A stretch of DNA of 64,000 nt, from IMG/VR virus record IMGVR_UViG_3300021476_000423, positions 42,908 to 106,907 of that record; one strand, 5' to 3'. The notes below the pieces were generated by a model. That model was not told the origin of the DNA. It did no database searches and saw nothing but the letters and a program-made list of their open reading frames with translations. Shown one piece after another: positions 1 through 9,500 of this stretch (positions are counted from its first letter, which is position 1; every line of letters starts with the position of its first letter). The DNA is from a virus. Made by a program: the position numbers and the translations under genes.

Positions 1-273
1 TTTGCTACAGTCATCACAAAGCCAATATCCGTGAACTTCTGTCAAATGAGGTGTTTGACCGCAATTCTCGCAATTCAAACCCTTGGGACTCCCAATCTGA
101 CCAGTCGCTAACTGTTGAGCAAAATCGACTTCAACAACCTGCATTCCAAGACAATAGGCAACTCCTAGCATGGAAATCCATACTAGAACACTTGGAATAC
201 CGTAAGGGTCGTAAAAGAAACTCAACACAAACCAGAATACCGCAACTACTATCCACTTGGACGACCCCTTCAT
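1..273 (-). CDS. Partial membrane protein with Zn ribbon (runs off window end)
   Basis: Hand-translated MKGSSKWIVVAVFWFVLSFF...CENCG...CDDC; two hydrophobic segments; ATG abuts the stop of 274..504. Confidence 0.6.
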   Translation of the reverse strand, partial: MKGSSKWIVVAVFWFVLSFFYDPYGIPSVLVWISMLGVAYCLGMQVVEVDFAQQLATGQIGSPKGLNCENCGQTPHLTEVHGYWLCDDCSK

Positions 274-504
274 CTACTCTTCGACCTTCTTGGGTTCTGG
301 CTGAACCTGTCCTGCTCTACCTCTGGTCTTGGGAATGATATATCCGGCTTTTCCGGCTTGAAGGGCAGAGAGGGCTTCCACTCTGGCCTTCTTGAAGAGT
401 TTCTGATAGGCGGCAACTCTGATGGGCGCATCGAGTTTGGTGCAACTACACGCATATTTGCCGTCGATAAAGACGTTGACAGGCATGGAGATGGTTTCAC
501 TCAC
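274..504 (-). CDS. Hypothetical protein
   Basis: 76 aa, start/stop coupled to neighbours in a minus-strand operon. Confidence 0.5.
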   Translation of the reverse strand: MSETISMPVNVFIDGKYACSCTKLDAPIRVAAYQKLFKKARVEALSALQAGKAGYIIPKTRGRAGQVQPEPKKVEE

Positions 505-695
505 ACTTCTCCCCTTTCGACAACAAGGTAAAGTGAGATTCCGCCATTTCTTTCCGTATCTTCAACATACTCCTTTTGGCAACGGTCTCCACAGAAGTAG
601 AGAGCCAACTTTCCAAATTTGAAGAACTTCCTATCTTCATGAGACCCATTCTCTTCATGGACTTCCTCTCCACACCAAGCACAATTTTTAGTCAC
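501..695 (-). CDS. TRASH/YHS-like metal-binding small protein
   Basis: CAWCG...YFCGDRC; GTG start at 695 preferred over the longer 501..803 call. Confidence 0.55.
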   Translation of the reverse strand: MTKNCAWCGEEVHEENGSHEDRKFFKFGKLALYFCGDRCQKEYVEDTERNGGISLYLVVERGEV

Positions 696-1077
696 TTTTC
701 TTCGCCTTTGTCCGGTCAGCGTCAAATGCTTCAAGTGCTTCGATGAGTTCTTCGTCGAAAATATTGAAAAGCAAATGTCCAATTGCCGCATCCTGTTCAT
801 CATGAGTTAATGCCGTTGACTGTCTTGCTTCAATCAAAGCGACATACAGAAGTTGCCCTACCCTTAGAGGTGGATACTTACTCAACACTCTGGTCAGGAT
901 TGAGAGAAAGTTGGCAAGAGTTGTGAGGTCTCTGGTGTATCCCTGCATCGCTGGCTCTCTCATAGCCACAACCTTTCTAGCCACTTTCACAGCCGTTTCG
1001 TGTATCTCTTGGTCTGAGAGGTCAGATTCAATCGGTTTGTCGTCTTGCATTGGATATCCTTCGTCTCTATCACTCAT
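688..1077 (-). CDS. Hypothetical helical protein
   Basis: 129-aa ORF overlapping both neighbours. Confidence 0.6.
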   Translation of the reverse strand: MSDRDEGYPMQDDKPIESDLSDQEIHETAVKVARKVVAMREPAMQGYTRDLTTLANFLSILTRVLSKYPPLRVGQLLYVALIEARQSTALTHDEQDAAIGHLLFNIFDEELIEALEAFDADRTKAKKSD

Positions 1078-1415
1078 GATTGAGCACTTCTTTTCTTATC
1101 CAAATCTCGTAAAAGAAGACCAAGCGACCCCAAAAGAAATCCGGCTATGACTAAACATCCAAACCCAACGGAAACAGACGAAGACTCTGAAAGAGCGAAC
1201 AAAGTCAAACCTAAAGCAATTTGAAGCGGATAAATGCAAATGTTGATGATTGCAAACACAATTCCAAGCGGAGTTCCAACGGCAAAAGTATTGACCACAC
1301 TTGTTGTAGAATTGAGAGACAAGAGAAAACTGATTCCCCATCCAATGATGGCCATAAGGCTTGTCCACGCCAGATACGACCCAAACATCCCAAGTTTAGT
1401 CATACACAACCTCAC
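1074..1415 (-). CDS. Small multi-pass membrane protein
   Basis: 3-4 hydrophobic segments; GAATCTTTATTT promoter at about 1430-1440. Confidence 0.6.
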   Translation of the reverse strand: MRLCMTKLGMFGSYLAWTSLMAIIGWGISFLLSLNSTTSVVNTFAVGTPLGIVFAIINICIYPLQIALGLTLFALSESSSVSVGFGCLVIAGFLLGSLGLLLRDLDKKRSAQS

Positions 1416-1467
1416 TCTTTGATGGGGTAAATAAAGATTCTAACCGAAAACAAGGAAAGTAGGGTCA

Positions 1468-2316
1468 CTATGCGGTGGCCCTAGCCTTTAGACGGTAGAC
1501 GGTTCCCTGACTGTCGGTGTGTATCCCTTCCAAGTAGGGTTGGAACGACTCGAAGGGTATCTTCAAGTTGTTCTCAACATAGGTCTTCAAAGTGGCTTCT
1601 GGCACTGGTTTCGAACCATTCTCTGTCCTGAAAGTCATCCAGAGAGTGAATGCGTTCAGTTTGTCAGCCGACACTTCGACAGGGGCGGTTGTTGCTTTTG
1701 CAACCGGAGTGGGTGGTGAAGGGATGGGTGGTATCGGCTCTCTCTGCTCTGGTGTCTGCGGCTTTGGAAGAGCCGCTTCAAGACTGTTGGCTCCTGCATC
1801 TCGAATATCTGAAACGATGCTCAAGTCCTTCACTTGGATGACAGGTGTAGTTCCAAGCACCTTTCCAGTCTTTCTGTCCTTGTTCTCCCTTGGGTCTTGA
1901 ACCCTTCCTTTGACGGAGACGACCTTTGCGGTCAGACTCTCGCCATCTTCAAGTTTGTAACCGAAGGGCGGAAAGTCGAGAATGACTTTGGTGGTTGTAT
2001 CTGAACCAAGGAGAGTCCATTTCGTTAGCCGAGTTGCGACCCTTTGTTGGCCAGCACACTTGGCGGTGGTGCACTCATAGGAGATTCCTGCCTCAACTCC
2101 TTCCTTCTTGGTGAAGCAGAAGGGGCAACCAACGTAACTTGAAGTGCCTAGCACTTTGATAACTAGGACTTCGGCTCCGTTGACCCAATCTCCTTTGTTG
2201 AGGTCACTGAGGTCTCGCTTTGGATTCATTTGGTCATACATCTGACGAACTACATCGTCAGGGAATTTGACAAGTGCGGGATATTGCTTGCGGATTTCTT
2301 CTACGCTTGTAGTCAT
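1468..2316 (-). CDS. RPA-like ssDNA-binding protein (OB fold with Zn finger)
   Basis: YVGCPFC...CTTAKC inserted in a beta-rich OB-like region (VVSVKGRV, PVIQVKDL), Pro-rich linker and small C-terminal domain. Confidence 0.65.
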   Translation of the reverse strand: MTTSVEEIRKQYPALVKFPDDVVRQMYDQMNPKRDLSDLNKGDWVNGAEVLVIKVLGTSSYVGCPFCFTKKEGVEAGISYECTTAKCAGQQRVATRLTKWTLLGSDTTTKVILDFPPFGYKLEDGESLTAKVVSVKGRVQDPRENKDRKTGKVLGTTPVIQVKDLSIVSDIRDAGANSLEAALPKPQTPEQREPIPPIPSPPTPVAKATTAPVEVSADKLNAFTLWMTFRTENGSKPVPEATLKTYVENNLKIPFESFQPYLEGIHTDSQGTVYRLKARATA

Positions 2317-2486
2317 ACAGACCCCTCTGTTTGTGGCCTATTTAGGTGTTCTACTTGCTTTGCGACTTTGCGATTCGCAGTCTTACGAACACAATCATCG
2401 CAGATGGGTTCCAAATGAGTTCCGAATTTCTCGTAGACGGCAGGTATTCTAATCTCGTCACAATAGTAACAGGGTTTGGCCGACAT
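2313..2486 (-). CDS. 57-aa Zn-finger microprotein (not in ORF track)
   Basis: MSAKPCYYCDE...ICDDCVRK; leaderless ATG about 24 nt after AATCTTTATTAA; ATGA overlap with the SSB gene. Confidence 0.6.
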   Translation of the reverse strand: MSAKPCYYCDEIRIPAVYEKFGTHLEPICDDCVRKTANRKVAKQVEHLNRPQTEGSV

Positions 2487-2578
2487 TACGTCTTGCCGTT
2501 CTACACAACATTAATAAAGATTTTTGCCGTTTTCCTTGGAAGAGGCTTTAAATAGTTCGGAGGGGGTATACTATACCA

Positions 2579-3301
2579 ATGTCTGCGCCTACTGCTGGAC
2601 TTGATTGGAACGCTCTGCTTCAGAAGGCCGAAAAAGCCATTGGTAAGTTTGAAGAGGGTGTGGGAAATCCGGGCGTATATTGTTCTGAAGGGCACAAACC
2701 TGTTGAAATGGATGAAGTATTCGATAAGGGTCAGAATGGATACCAATGTAAAGCGTGTGGACGAACCGTCTTTCCAAAGACAGAGGATTTTCACACACAA
2801 AACGAGCCACTAACTGGCATCGAAGATGTGAGAGGAGTGGAACACGCCTATTACGAGAAACAACTTGCGGAAATGGGCAAACTACTTGAGGAAGCAGAGG
2901 CTCTGATGAACCAAAAGGTCTCCCCTACTCAACCAGTCGAAGTCAGTCGCACCGAAGAATCGGAATATGGTGAATTGCTGACCCATCTTAACGAGTCAGC
3001 AGACACAGCATGGGAAGAAATGCTCAATCTCAAGTCGCTTATTGATGCTGTCAATGATGCTGTAGATTCAGGAGCGATGTCATCAAATGAAGCCGAATCA
3101 CATTTGAGTTATGTCAGTCAGAAGATAGAAAGTGGTCTTCAAGCCCTTGGAAGGGGTGTTGGAATGAAAGAGAGTGAAAGCGAAGATGTAGACAAACCAA
3201 AACCTATCTATCATGTGGCATCGCCAAGCGAGTATGCTCATGCTCTGCTAAGTCCAACTGAACTCCCAAAGAAACCTCAAGATGAGGGTGAATCAACGTG
3301 A
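2579..3301 (+). CDS. Acidic Zn-ribbon/coiled-coil protein, candidate internal head protein
   Basis: CSEGH...CKACG; EEG/EES/NES/KES motifs; TTTAAATAG promoter at 2547-2555. Confidence 0.6.
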   Translation: MSAPTAGLDWNALLQKAEKAIGKFEEGVGNPGVYCSEGHKPVEMDEVFDKGQNGYQCKACGRTVFPKTEDFHTQNEPLTGIEDVRGVEHAYYEKQLAEMGKLLEEAEALMNQKVSPTQPVEVSRTEESEYGELLTHLNESADTAWEEMLNLKSLIDAVNDAVDSGAMSSNEAESHLSYVSQKIESGLQALGRGVGMKESESEDVDKPKPIYHVASPSEYAHALLSPTELPKKPQDEGEST

Positions 3302-3585
3302 GTGGAGACCAATCTTTCATTGAACGAGTTTTGAGAGACATTGCCGATATCAAAGTATCGATGGCTAGGATAGAAGCAAAAACCGAGAACATCAGTGACA
3401 GAATCGAAGTCATCAATCATAATACCACTGACAATGCTCAACGTTTGGCTATTCTTGAAAAGGCTCAAACTAGAACTACAGATTTCAGTGACTTTGCAAA
3501 AAGAGCGATGGTCACATTTGCCGGAGTAATCGGTGTTGCGGCATCGTTAGCGTTGCTTCTTAACTTTCTAGGACTTCACATCTGA
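3298..3585 (+). CDS. Coiled-coil protein with C-terminal TM helix (holin/XhlA-like)
   Basis: Heptad region followed by one TM helix. Confidence 0.45.
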   Translation: MSGDQSFIERVLRDIADIKVSMARIEAKTENISDRIEVINHNTTDNAQRLAILEKAQTRTTDFSDFAKRAMVTFAGVIGVAASLALLLNFLGLHI

Positions 3586-4311
3586 GGATTTCGACTCTTT
3601 CTTACCCTCTCTACCGCCCCTTAACGAGTATCCCAAGATACTACCTATAATCAGAGCGAGTAGTGCAATCAGCCAAGGCAAGTAGGCGTTGGCGAAGAGA
3701 TTGTAAACCACTTCAGTCGTGGTAGTAGTCACTGTAGTTGGTTTCGTTACGGTGACATCCTGAGTAATGGTCTGACTTTGCACATTTGTCACCGTAGCGG
3801 TAACTATTTGGTCGTGGGTAACAGTTTGTGTTGGCCCTGTTACTGTTGCGGTAACAGTCTGAGTTTCAGTAACGGGCGGCTGAATAACTGAGAAAGTCTC
3901 AGTTTGAGTCACCGTTTGTGTGGTCGTTATAGGAACGTCTTGAATCTGAACTTGAGTCACTGTAACCGTGTTGGTTTGAGTTGCGGTCACTGTGTCACTC
4001 TGCGTAACTGTCGCTGTTGCCGTCTGTGTGACTGTTGCTGTTTGAGTTGCCGTTGTTGTTGATTGCGGCACTAACACCTGAATAACGAAACACCACGCTC
4101 CACTCGGAACTTTGAAGGGGTCGTTATAAGCAACGTGCCACATACCATTGGCGTTGATGGTGGCTGTCCCAAGGGTAGTCGAATAGCCAGAGCACCCGCC
4201 TTGCCATGCGGAAGCAGGAATCACCAGTAGGAAGGCGAGAGCAAAAAGACTCACTACAACAGCAACCGAAAGTCTTCGTGCGCTTTTCTCTGTTACTCCG
4301 AATTTCATCAA
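3568..4311 (-). CDS. Thr-rich surface protein with signal peptide and C-terminal TM anchor
   Basis: Signal peptide (..PASA), TVTQT-like repeats, TM helix and basic tail. Confidence 0.7.
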   Translation of the reverse strand: MMKFGVTEKSARRLSVAVVVSLFALAFLLVIPASAWQGGCSGYSTTLGTATINANGMWHVAYNDPFKVPSGAWCFVIQVLVPQSTTTATQTATVTQTATATVTQSDTVTATQTNTVTVTQVQIQDVPITTTQTVTQTETFSVIQPPVTETQTVTATVTGPTQTVTHDQIVTATVTNVQSQTITQDVTVTKPTTVTTTTTEVVYNLFANAYLPWLIALLALIIGSILGYSLRGGREGKKESKSSDVKS

Positions 4312-4341
4312 CGACCCTTCGTTAGTAGGCTATATAAAGAT

Positions 4342-4548
4342 TTATGCTGTTTTGGGAAGTCTGTGTCGTTCCCATGCTATCCACCAAGTTACAGCAACAG
4401 TCCCTACTATCTGTGAAGCGACCATCCATTCTTTGATGCTAGTTATATCGAAAACATAGAGAAGCACAAGTATCCAACCAAGTGTTAGAGCCATTATCTC
4501 AATAACGACTTGACCATCAAGGTAGGATTTCTCATTCAAATAAACCAC
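4342..4548 (-). CDS. Small 2-TM protein
   Basis: Two hydrophobic helices. Confidence 0.45.
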   Translation of the reverse strand: MVYLNEKSYLDGQVVIEIMALTLGWILVLLYVFDITSIKEWMVASQIVGTVAVTWWIAWERHRLPKTA

Positions 4549-4919
4549 ACCACCAACCGCACCTTTCCTTCGCCATAGAGTTCATCGAGAACTCCCATGA
4601 AAGCGAAGACTATTGGCCACCCCTTTTTGAGTTCCTTAATCTCAAAAACTTGGGCTATCTCAGTGGGAGTGATGTAGGTCTCAAAATGAGCCGACTTTCC
4701 ATCTGCCTTATGCGCTTCTTCAACCTCTTCAGAGAGGTCATCAGGAAGACCCCGATTGTTGGCAATAGGTTTGGCTGGCTTCTTGAGATAGTGGTCGTCT
4801 ACACCAAAGAGGATACTGGTGACATCGGGGGCTTGGCCGACCAGAGCGCCAATGCGAAGCGTTGGATGCCAAATGAGTGCTTCATCCAAAACTTCCACGA
4901 ATCCGCGAACAATCTTCAA
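4536..4919 (-). CDS. Phage-type hypothetical protein
   Basis: RGLPDDLS...RLVVWF pattern; TATA at about 4951-4958. Confidence 0.55.
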   Translation of the reverse strand: MKIVRGFVEVLDEALIWHPTLRIGALVGQAPDVTSILFGVDDHYLKKPAKPIANNRGLPDDLSEEVEEAHKADGKSAHFETYITPTEIAQVFEIKELKKGWPIVFAFMGVLDELYGEGKVRLVVWFI

Positions 4920-4996
4920 ATCGCCTCTCGTCAGTGGGACGAAATCGGGGTTTATAAAGGTTAGGTCGGAAAAAAAGTGGATGGCTTAGTAGTCGT

Positions 4997-5239
4997 CTAA
5001 GCCAACATACGTTTCACGAAGCCAGTCGCAAACCCAAGAGTCGCACCTGCGGCTCCTAGAGGGACTGCGGCTCCTGAGACAAATGGGACTGCTGGAAGTC
5101 CCGCATAGCCAGTGAAAAGCGAGATTGCTCCCGCAACCACCGACCCGACTATGCCCCCTGCGGCAGTCGCAAGGGCAGTTTGTCCAAGGAACTTGGCCTC
5201 AGACGCTAGGTATGCCTTCACTTCTGCTGAAGATACCAT
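4997..5239 (-). CDS. Gly/Ala-rich hydrophobic small protein
   Basis: Two GxxxG-rich helices; own TATA upstream and a T7 run downstream on the minus strand. Confidence 0.6.
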   Translation of the reverse strand: MVSSAEVKAYLASEAKFLGQTALATAAGGIVGSVVAGAISLFTGYAGLPAVPFVSGAAVPLGAAGATLGFATGFVKRMLA

Positions 5240-5301
5240 AGGAATAGGGTCGAGTTTATCCTACTTAAAGATTAAGGACAAAAGATATACCCTATATCCC
5301 C

Positions 5302-6915
5302 TTAGAGGGTGGCTTTGAGGGTCAGATACCGCTTTTCTGGACAGTAGGAGAATGGGATAGACAATCTAAGTGGTGTCTTCTTGGTCGAGTATTCCTCTGG
5401 AATGTCGGGCCGTCCTTTGATGCCGAGTGCCTTAATCACTTGCTCAACGGGCCAACTCTCTTCGAGCACTTCAAACTCAAGGTCGTCAATCACATTGTCC
5501 ATCAGATGGAGTTCTGTCCTGTCTGATTCCTCACCCCTATACCAGATGAATCCAAATCCCTCCGCCATGATGTCCATGTCTTCCTGCTCGAAATTGTCGC
5601 TAATCTCATCGCCATAGTCACCCTCATGAGTGATGTCTGGCACTTTGAAGAAGAAATTGATGCTCTTGTCGGCTCCAACTACCACCATAACTTTCTCATT
5701 CTCATCGTTGAGATAGCCAGTTACATCTCCGGTGCTGGCAGTCGGTGTGACGGGGTGCATATGGACAGTCCCGATGAGTTGTTCCCCTTCGTGAAGTTGC
5801 TCGTTGGGTTCAAGCACAATCTCCCTATCCTTGCCAAACTGTTCACCGACTACCCCTATCTTCCCATGCTCGGCCACGATAAGGAATCCACCTGCTTCAT
5901 TGTCATTGGTGACAGAGTATTCAATCATCATCATGAGGTCGTTGTAGAGGCGTTCTGGTATCTCAATTTTATCGGGCAACTCCACACCATCAGCAGTGTA
6001 GGTCTGTGGTTTCATGTGAATCTGAGAATCATCGTCGTCGGTTGGCTCTTTCTCTCCTGTCTCTGGCTCTGGAAGTTTGGGGTCAGGATTCAACTCCTTG
6101 TCAGGATTGCTAGGGTCTGGTTCTTCTATTTTCTCAGGATACAATCGGGACTTTGGAATTTTTCCTGTGCCATGACACTCTGAACAAGTGCCAATATGAT
6201 GTCCCATTATACGAGACGGTTCTCCTGTTCCATGACACCACGGACAATCTATCATTTCTTGGTCAGGTTCTTTCTTGGTTTGGCCTTTGTCGAGAATCTT
6301 CACGGCTCCCGGCTCAAAAGTAGGGTCGGGCACTGATTTCGCTTCACCAGTCTTTCCAAGTGGAATCTCACCACCCTTCTGAGCATTAGGGCTGACGGCC
6401 TCTTTTAACTTCCAAGTCTCGCCACAATCGTTACAAAGTCCGATGGTTGTGCCAGTTTGACTCTTGGTCTTCTTGGTGTTGTCAGAATTGCACCGTGGAC
6501 AAGTGCCGCCATAATTCTTTCCTGCTTCTTCCTTCGGCTCATCAAGTTCATTGCCCCTATAACCACAAGCCGAACAGTAGATGTCTCCCGTATTAAGGTC
6601 TATTGAAGCAAGGTCATATTGGCACTCTGGACAAGAAGTCGTATCTCCATTCTCATCGTCTTGTTCTGGTTTACTTGGATTGGTCTTGTCATCACAAGAT
6701 TGGCAGAGCGTAATTCCGCCGGGTATCGGATGTGCTCCTTTCTCACCACAAAGTTCGCAGTAATCTCCCTGTGGGTCACTCTCCTCTTTCAAAGCAAGGT
6801 CTACAGAAGGTTCGGGGTCGTCGAGATAGCCATTGGCATCAGCCCATTTTTCTAACATCCAGTCACTTTTGGTTTTCTTCATCTTCTTAGCCATGAGAGT
6901 AATGTAATCAACCAT
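5302..6915 (-). CDS. Four Zn-ribbon modules plus JAB/MPN+ metallo-isopeptidase domain
   Basis: Four CxxC pairs, one DnaJ-like (CPWCHGTG/CSECHGTG); EAGGFL...GTVHMHP...ASTGD matches the JAMM motif. Confidence 0.75.
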   Translation of the reverse strand: MVDYITLMAKKMKKTKSDWMLEKWADANGYLDDPEPSVDLALKEESDPQGDYCELCGEKGAHPIPGGITLCQSCDDKTNPSKPEQDDENGDTTSCPECQYDLASIDLNTGDIYCSACGYRGNELDEPKEEAGKNYGGTCPRCNSDNTKKTKSQTGTTIGLCNDCGETWKLKEAVSPNAQKGGEIPLGKTGEAKSVPDPTFEPGAVKILDKGQTKKEPDQEMIDCPWCHGTGEPSRIMGHHIGTCSECHGTGKIPKSRLYPEKIEEPDPSNPDKELNPDPKLPEPETGEKEPTDDDDSQIHMKPQTYTADGVELPDKIEIPERLYNDLMMMIEYSVTNDNEAGGFLIVAEHGKIGVVGEQFGKDREIVLEPNEQLHEGEQLIGTVHMHPVTPTASTGDVTGYLNDENEKVMVVVGADKSINFFFKVPDITHEGDYGDEISDNFEQEDMDIMAEGFGFIWYRGEESDRTELHLMDNVIDDLEFEVLEESWPVEQVIKALGIKGRPDIPEEYSTKKTPLRLSIPFSYCPEKRYLTLKATL

Positions 6916-6949
6916 ACTAGAGAAGATAGGGCTTCGGCAGTATTTAAGC

Positions 6950-7663
6950 CTACAGCATCGTATCGGGAGACTTCAAGAACAGCCGCCAATCAATGGGTTC
7001 TGGTTTGCGCTCGTAGAGTTTGAGAAAGCGTTTGGTGTATTGGTCAGGATGGGTGGCTTGTCGCAGAATCTCTGGCAAGTCCATTGAAGGGTCGATAGGA
7101 ACCTTCCATCTTGGCAATGAAGGATGGTCGGGGTCTACAGAATGTTTGGTGAGTGTAGTGCGACAAATGCGGTCTAATGAGAGAAAGGCTTTCTTGTCAA
7201 GCAGATATTGGAACCAAGTCGAGAAGACGGCGAACATCCTTTCTCGATACTGCCGCAACTCACCCATCGTAGTTGGTGTGATGTGGAGATAGATATGGAA
7301 CCCTTTGCCACCAGAGAAGAAGAGTTCGAGATGTGGCCAAAACATCTTGTAGAAGAGTTGACCCCTACTCCAAATGGCTTCAAAGGTATCCTTCTCACCA
7401 GTGATAGGGTTCGTTCTTATGTCGATATCGATGAAGATGCGGTCAACCGTCACTGCATCCTTCTGGTCTACGGGCCAAGTCTTGCTCACTAGAGGAGTGT
7501 AGAAGGGAAAGTAGGTGTCTTTTGTTTCCATGATGTGCTCTAGGTTATACTGGTATAAGTCGGCTTTGGTCTGAACTAGGGTTCGCTCCACTCCGACTTG
7601 GGCAGGAAGCACCCTAACGTCTCTGTCCCAATAGAGCCTACTTAACTCAATTAGACTGGTCAA
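6950..7663 (-). CDS. priS: Archaeo-eukaryotic primase catalytic subunit
   Basis: IFIDID (DxD), SGGKGFHIY, DRICR motifs. Confidence 0.85.
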   Translation of the reverse strand: MTSLIELSRLYWDRDVRVLPAQVGVERTLVQTKADLYQYNLEHIMETKDTYFPFYTPLVSKTWPVDQKDAVTVDRIFIDIDIRTNPITGEKDTFEAIWSRGQLFYKMFWPHLELFFSGGKGFHIYLHITPTTMGELRQYRERMFAVFSTWFQYLLDKKAFLSLDRICRTTLTKHSVDPDHPSLPRWKVPIDPSMDLPEILRQATHPDQYTKRFLKLYERKPEPIDWRLFLKSPDTML

Positions 7664-9086
7664 GGGCGTATCTAATCGATTTGAGGTTGATGGCCTTCAG
7701 TTGTTCAACATAGACTTTGGCTTGCTCTAGGATGTCCTGTGTCACCACTTCCAGCATATCACTCATGCCACTTATCTCTATGCCAGCCAACCTTGGAAGA
7801 TTGTCAACAACTGCCATGTTGATAGCCCCACCCCTTGTGTGAGGGTAGGAATGGGCATAGTGAGCCAGAAGAAATGACCTAACTTCTATGATTTCGCATG
7901 GCTCAATCTCGTCATAGAGACTCCTCTCGTAGAGAGGTTGTCGAGTGAACTCTTTGATGGTCGGCTGATTCCAAAACTTCTGCAAAGTCACTGTCGCTCT
8001 CTCTTCCATCGCCCTATAGGTCTCAATCAGATTCTTTCTCTCAACATCGTCCAACCCCTCTGACCCTGCCTTGTCCTTTACTGGCGTATAGTCATTGTAT
8101 GCGATAATCCCAAATCTGCGTCCCATCGCATATGAGTTCCTGCATAGGTGGGCAAGAATATCTCGCATCACCGATGTATGACTTCCCGATAATGCCAATG
8201 GATTGGCTGTCGCTATGAATGGGCAAGCCGCAACTATGCGTATGGTTGCGCCCCCTGCTCCTGACAATGACCATCCCTGCTCCAACAATGTCATAAGAAG
8301 TCCTGCCACGTTCTCTACTGCCAGACTCTCTATCTGCTCTATGGTGAGCGCATAGTGCTGATTGTCAAACAACCCTCTTGCTATGTCGTCTGTCCACTTG
8401 GCCGTTCCAATCAATGTGTTCTTTGTCGTCTTGTCATACCTTGACCCTACGATGTCATAGAACGAAGTTTTGCCAGTGTTAGGTGGCGTTATGATGAGAG
8501 TATGGGGCTGATATTTCATCACATAGCCATAGGGAATAGCCGCCTTATAGACCGTCTTCAGATTATCATCTGTCTCTCCCTTGTAGGAGATGATGTTAGT
8601 CACCAAGTCCAACCAGTCTTGAGTTGGCTTCATTGTCCCATAATCGAGATACTTGTTTAGTAGTTGCTCATCAAAGTGGAAAGAGGTCTCAAAGGTATAG
8701 GTAGACAAATCATCCCACTCTTCTATGCGGGGGTCTCTCTCCTGCCCAACCTTCTTGAGAATGTATAGCCTCTCATCTCTATCGAAGATTCCATCCAGAC
8801 GAGAAGGCAAAACTCTGGCCAACGGTAATGAGGTCTTCTTGCTATGGATAACATTCTTGGTGTCTAGAATGTAGGCTGGCGGCGTGGTTGTGGATACCAT
8901 TCCCCTATACAACTTAGCCCCCAAGTTGGCCACAACACCCTCTGGCGTATCATCAAAATCCACTCTCTGATACATCGGCTCAATCATCTCAAAAACATTG
9001 AGCGCCTTGCCCATTTTGGCGTTATTTCCGTTATGACCGTTATTATCTTGGCCCGACAAATTCAACACCCATTGGATTCTGCTCAA
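7647..9086 (-). CDS. Divergent MCM-like AAA+ helicase
   Basis: HTLIITPPNTGKT (Walker A), IATANP (sensor 1), RRFG (Arg finger); Walker B reads LTIEQ; lies between primase and PolB. Confidence 0.65.
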   Translation of the reverse strand: MSRIQWVLNLSGQDNNGHNGNNAKMGKALNVFEMIEPMYQRVDFDDTPEGVVANLGAKLYRGMVSTTTPPAYILDTKNVIHSKKTSLPLARVLPSRLDGIFDRDERLYILKKVGQERDPRIEEWDDLSTYTFETSFHFDEQLLNKYLDYGTMKPTQDWLDLVTNIISYKGETDDNLKTVYKAAIPYGYVMKYQPHTLIITPPNTGKTSFYDIVGSRYDKTTKNTLIGTAKWTDDIARGLFDNQHYALTIEQIESLAVENVAGLLMTLLEQGWSLSGAGGATIRIVAACPFIATANPLALSGSHTSVMRDILAHLCRNSYAMGRRFGIIAYNDYTPVKDKAGSEGLDDVERKNLIETYRAMEERATVTLQKFWNQPTIKEFTRQPLYERSLYDEIEPCEIIEVRSFLLAHYAHSYPHTRGGAINMAVVDNLPRLAGIEISGMSDMLEVVTQDILEQAKVYVEQLKAINLKSIRYALDQSN

Positions 9087-9291
9087 ATTTCGCTAAGTTA
9101 CCTTGATTGACCTGATGCGTATGAGTTCCCTTCACATCAGCATAACACAACGGACATTGACCGTTAATCATCTGAATGAACAAAGTGCTACCCTTCCACT
9201 GATGTTTGATGTATTTCAACTTTCTTTCTAGCCGCCTCATTGCTTCTTGGTCGTGAGCAAAGTTGAGTTTGTCTTGATTGGCGATTTTCAT
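9043..9291 (-). CDS. Microprotein with MKIANQDKL N-terminus and CxxC..HxH
   Basis: ATGA-coupled; shared N-terminal motif. Confidence 0.65.
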   Translation of the reverse strand: MKIANQDKLNFAHDQEAMRRLERKLKYIKHQWKGSTLFIQMINGQCPLCYADVKGTHTHQVNQGNLAKFEQNPMGVEFVGPR

Positions 9292-9500
9292 GTGAATTCA
9301 CTTTCATCGGTTGTAACGATAGAAATTCCATCAAACGATAAGGCTTGACCTTTTAGTTCGAAAAGCCAATTGAGCCAAAGTCGTGTTGTTTCATTTATGA
9401 TAAGAGAATGATAAGGTGCATTGAACTCTTGCCACTGCTTAACGACTTCATCCCAATCAATTTGAGCATTGTCCAACTGCTGTTGGTTGGCGAATTCCAT
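9288..9500 (-). CDS. Microprotein with MEFANQQQL N-terminus
   Basis: TAATG-coupled to the PolB stop. Confidence 0.6.
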   Translation of the reverse strand: MEFANQQQLDNAQIDWDEVVKQWQEFNAPYHSLIINETTRLWLNWLFELKGQALSFDGISIVTTDESEFT

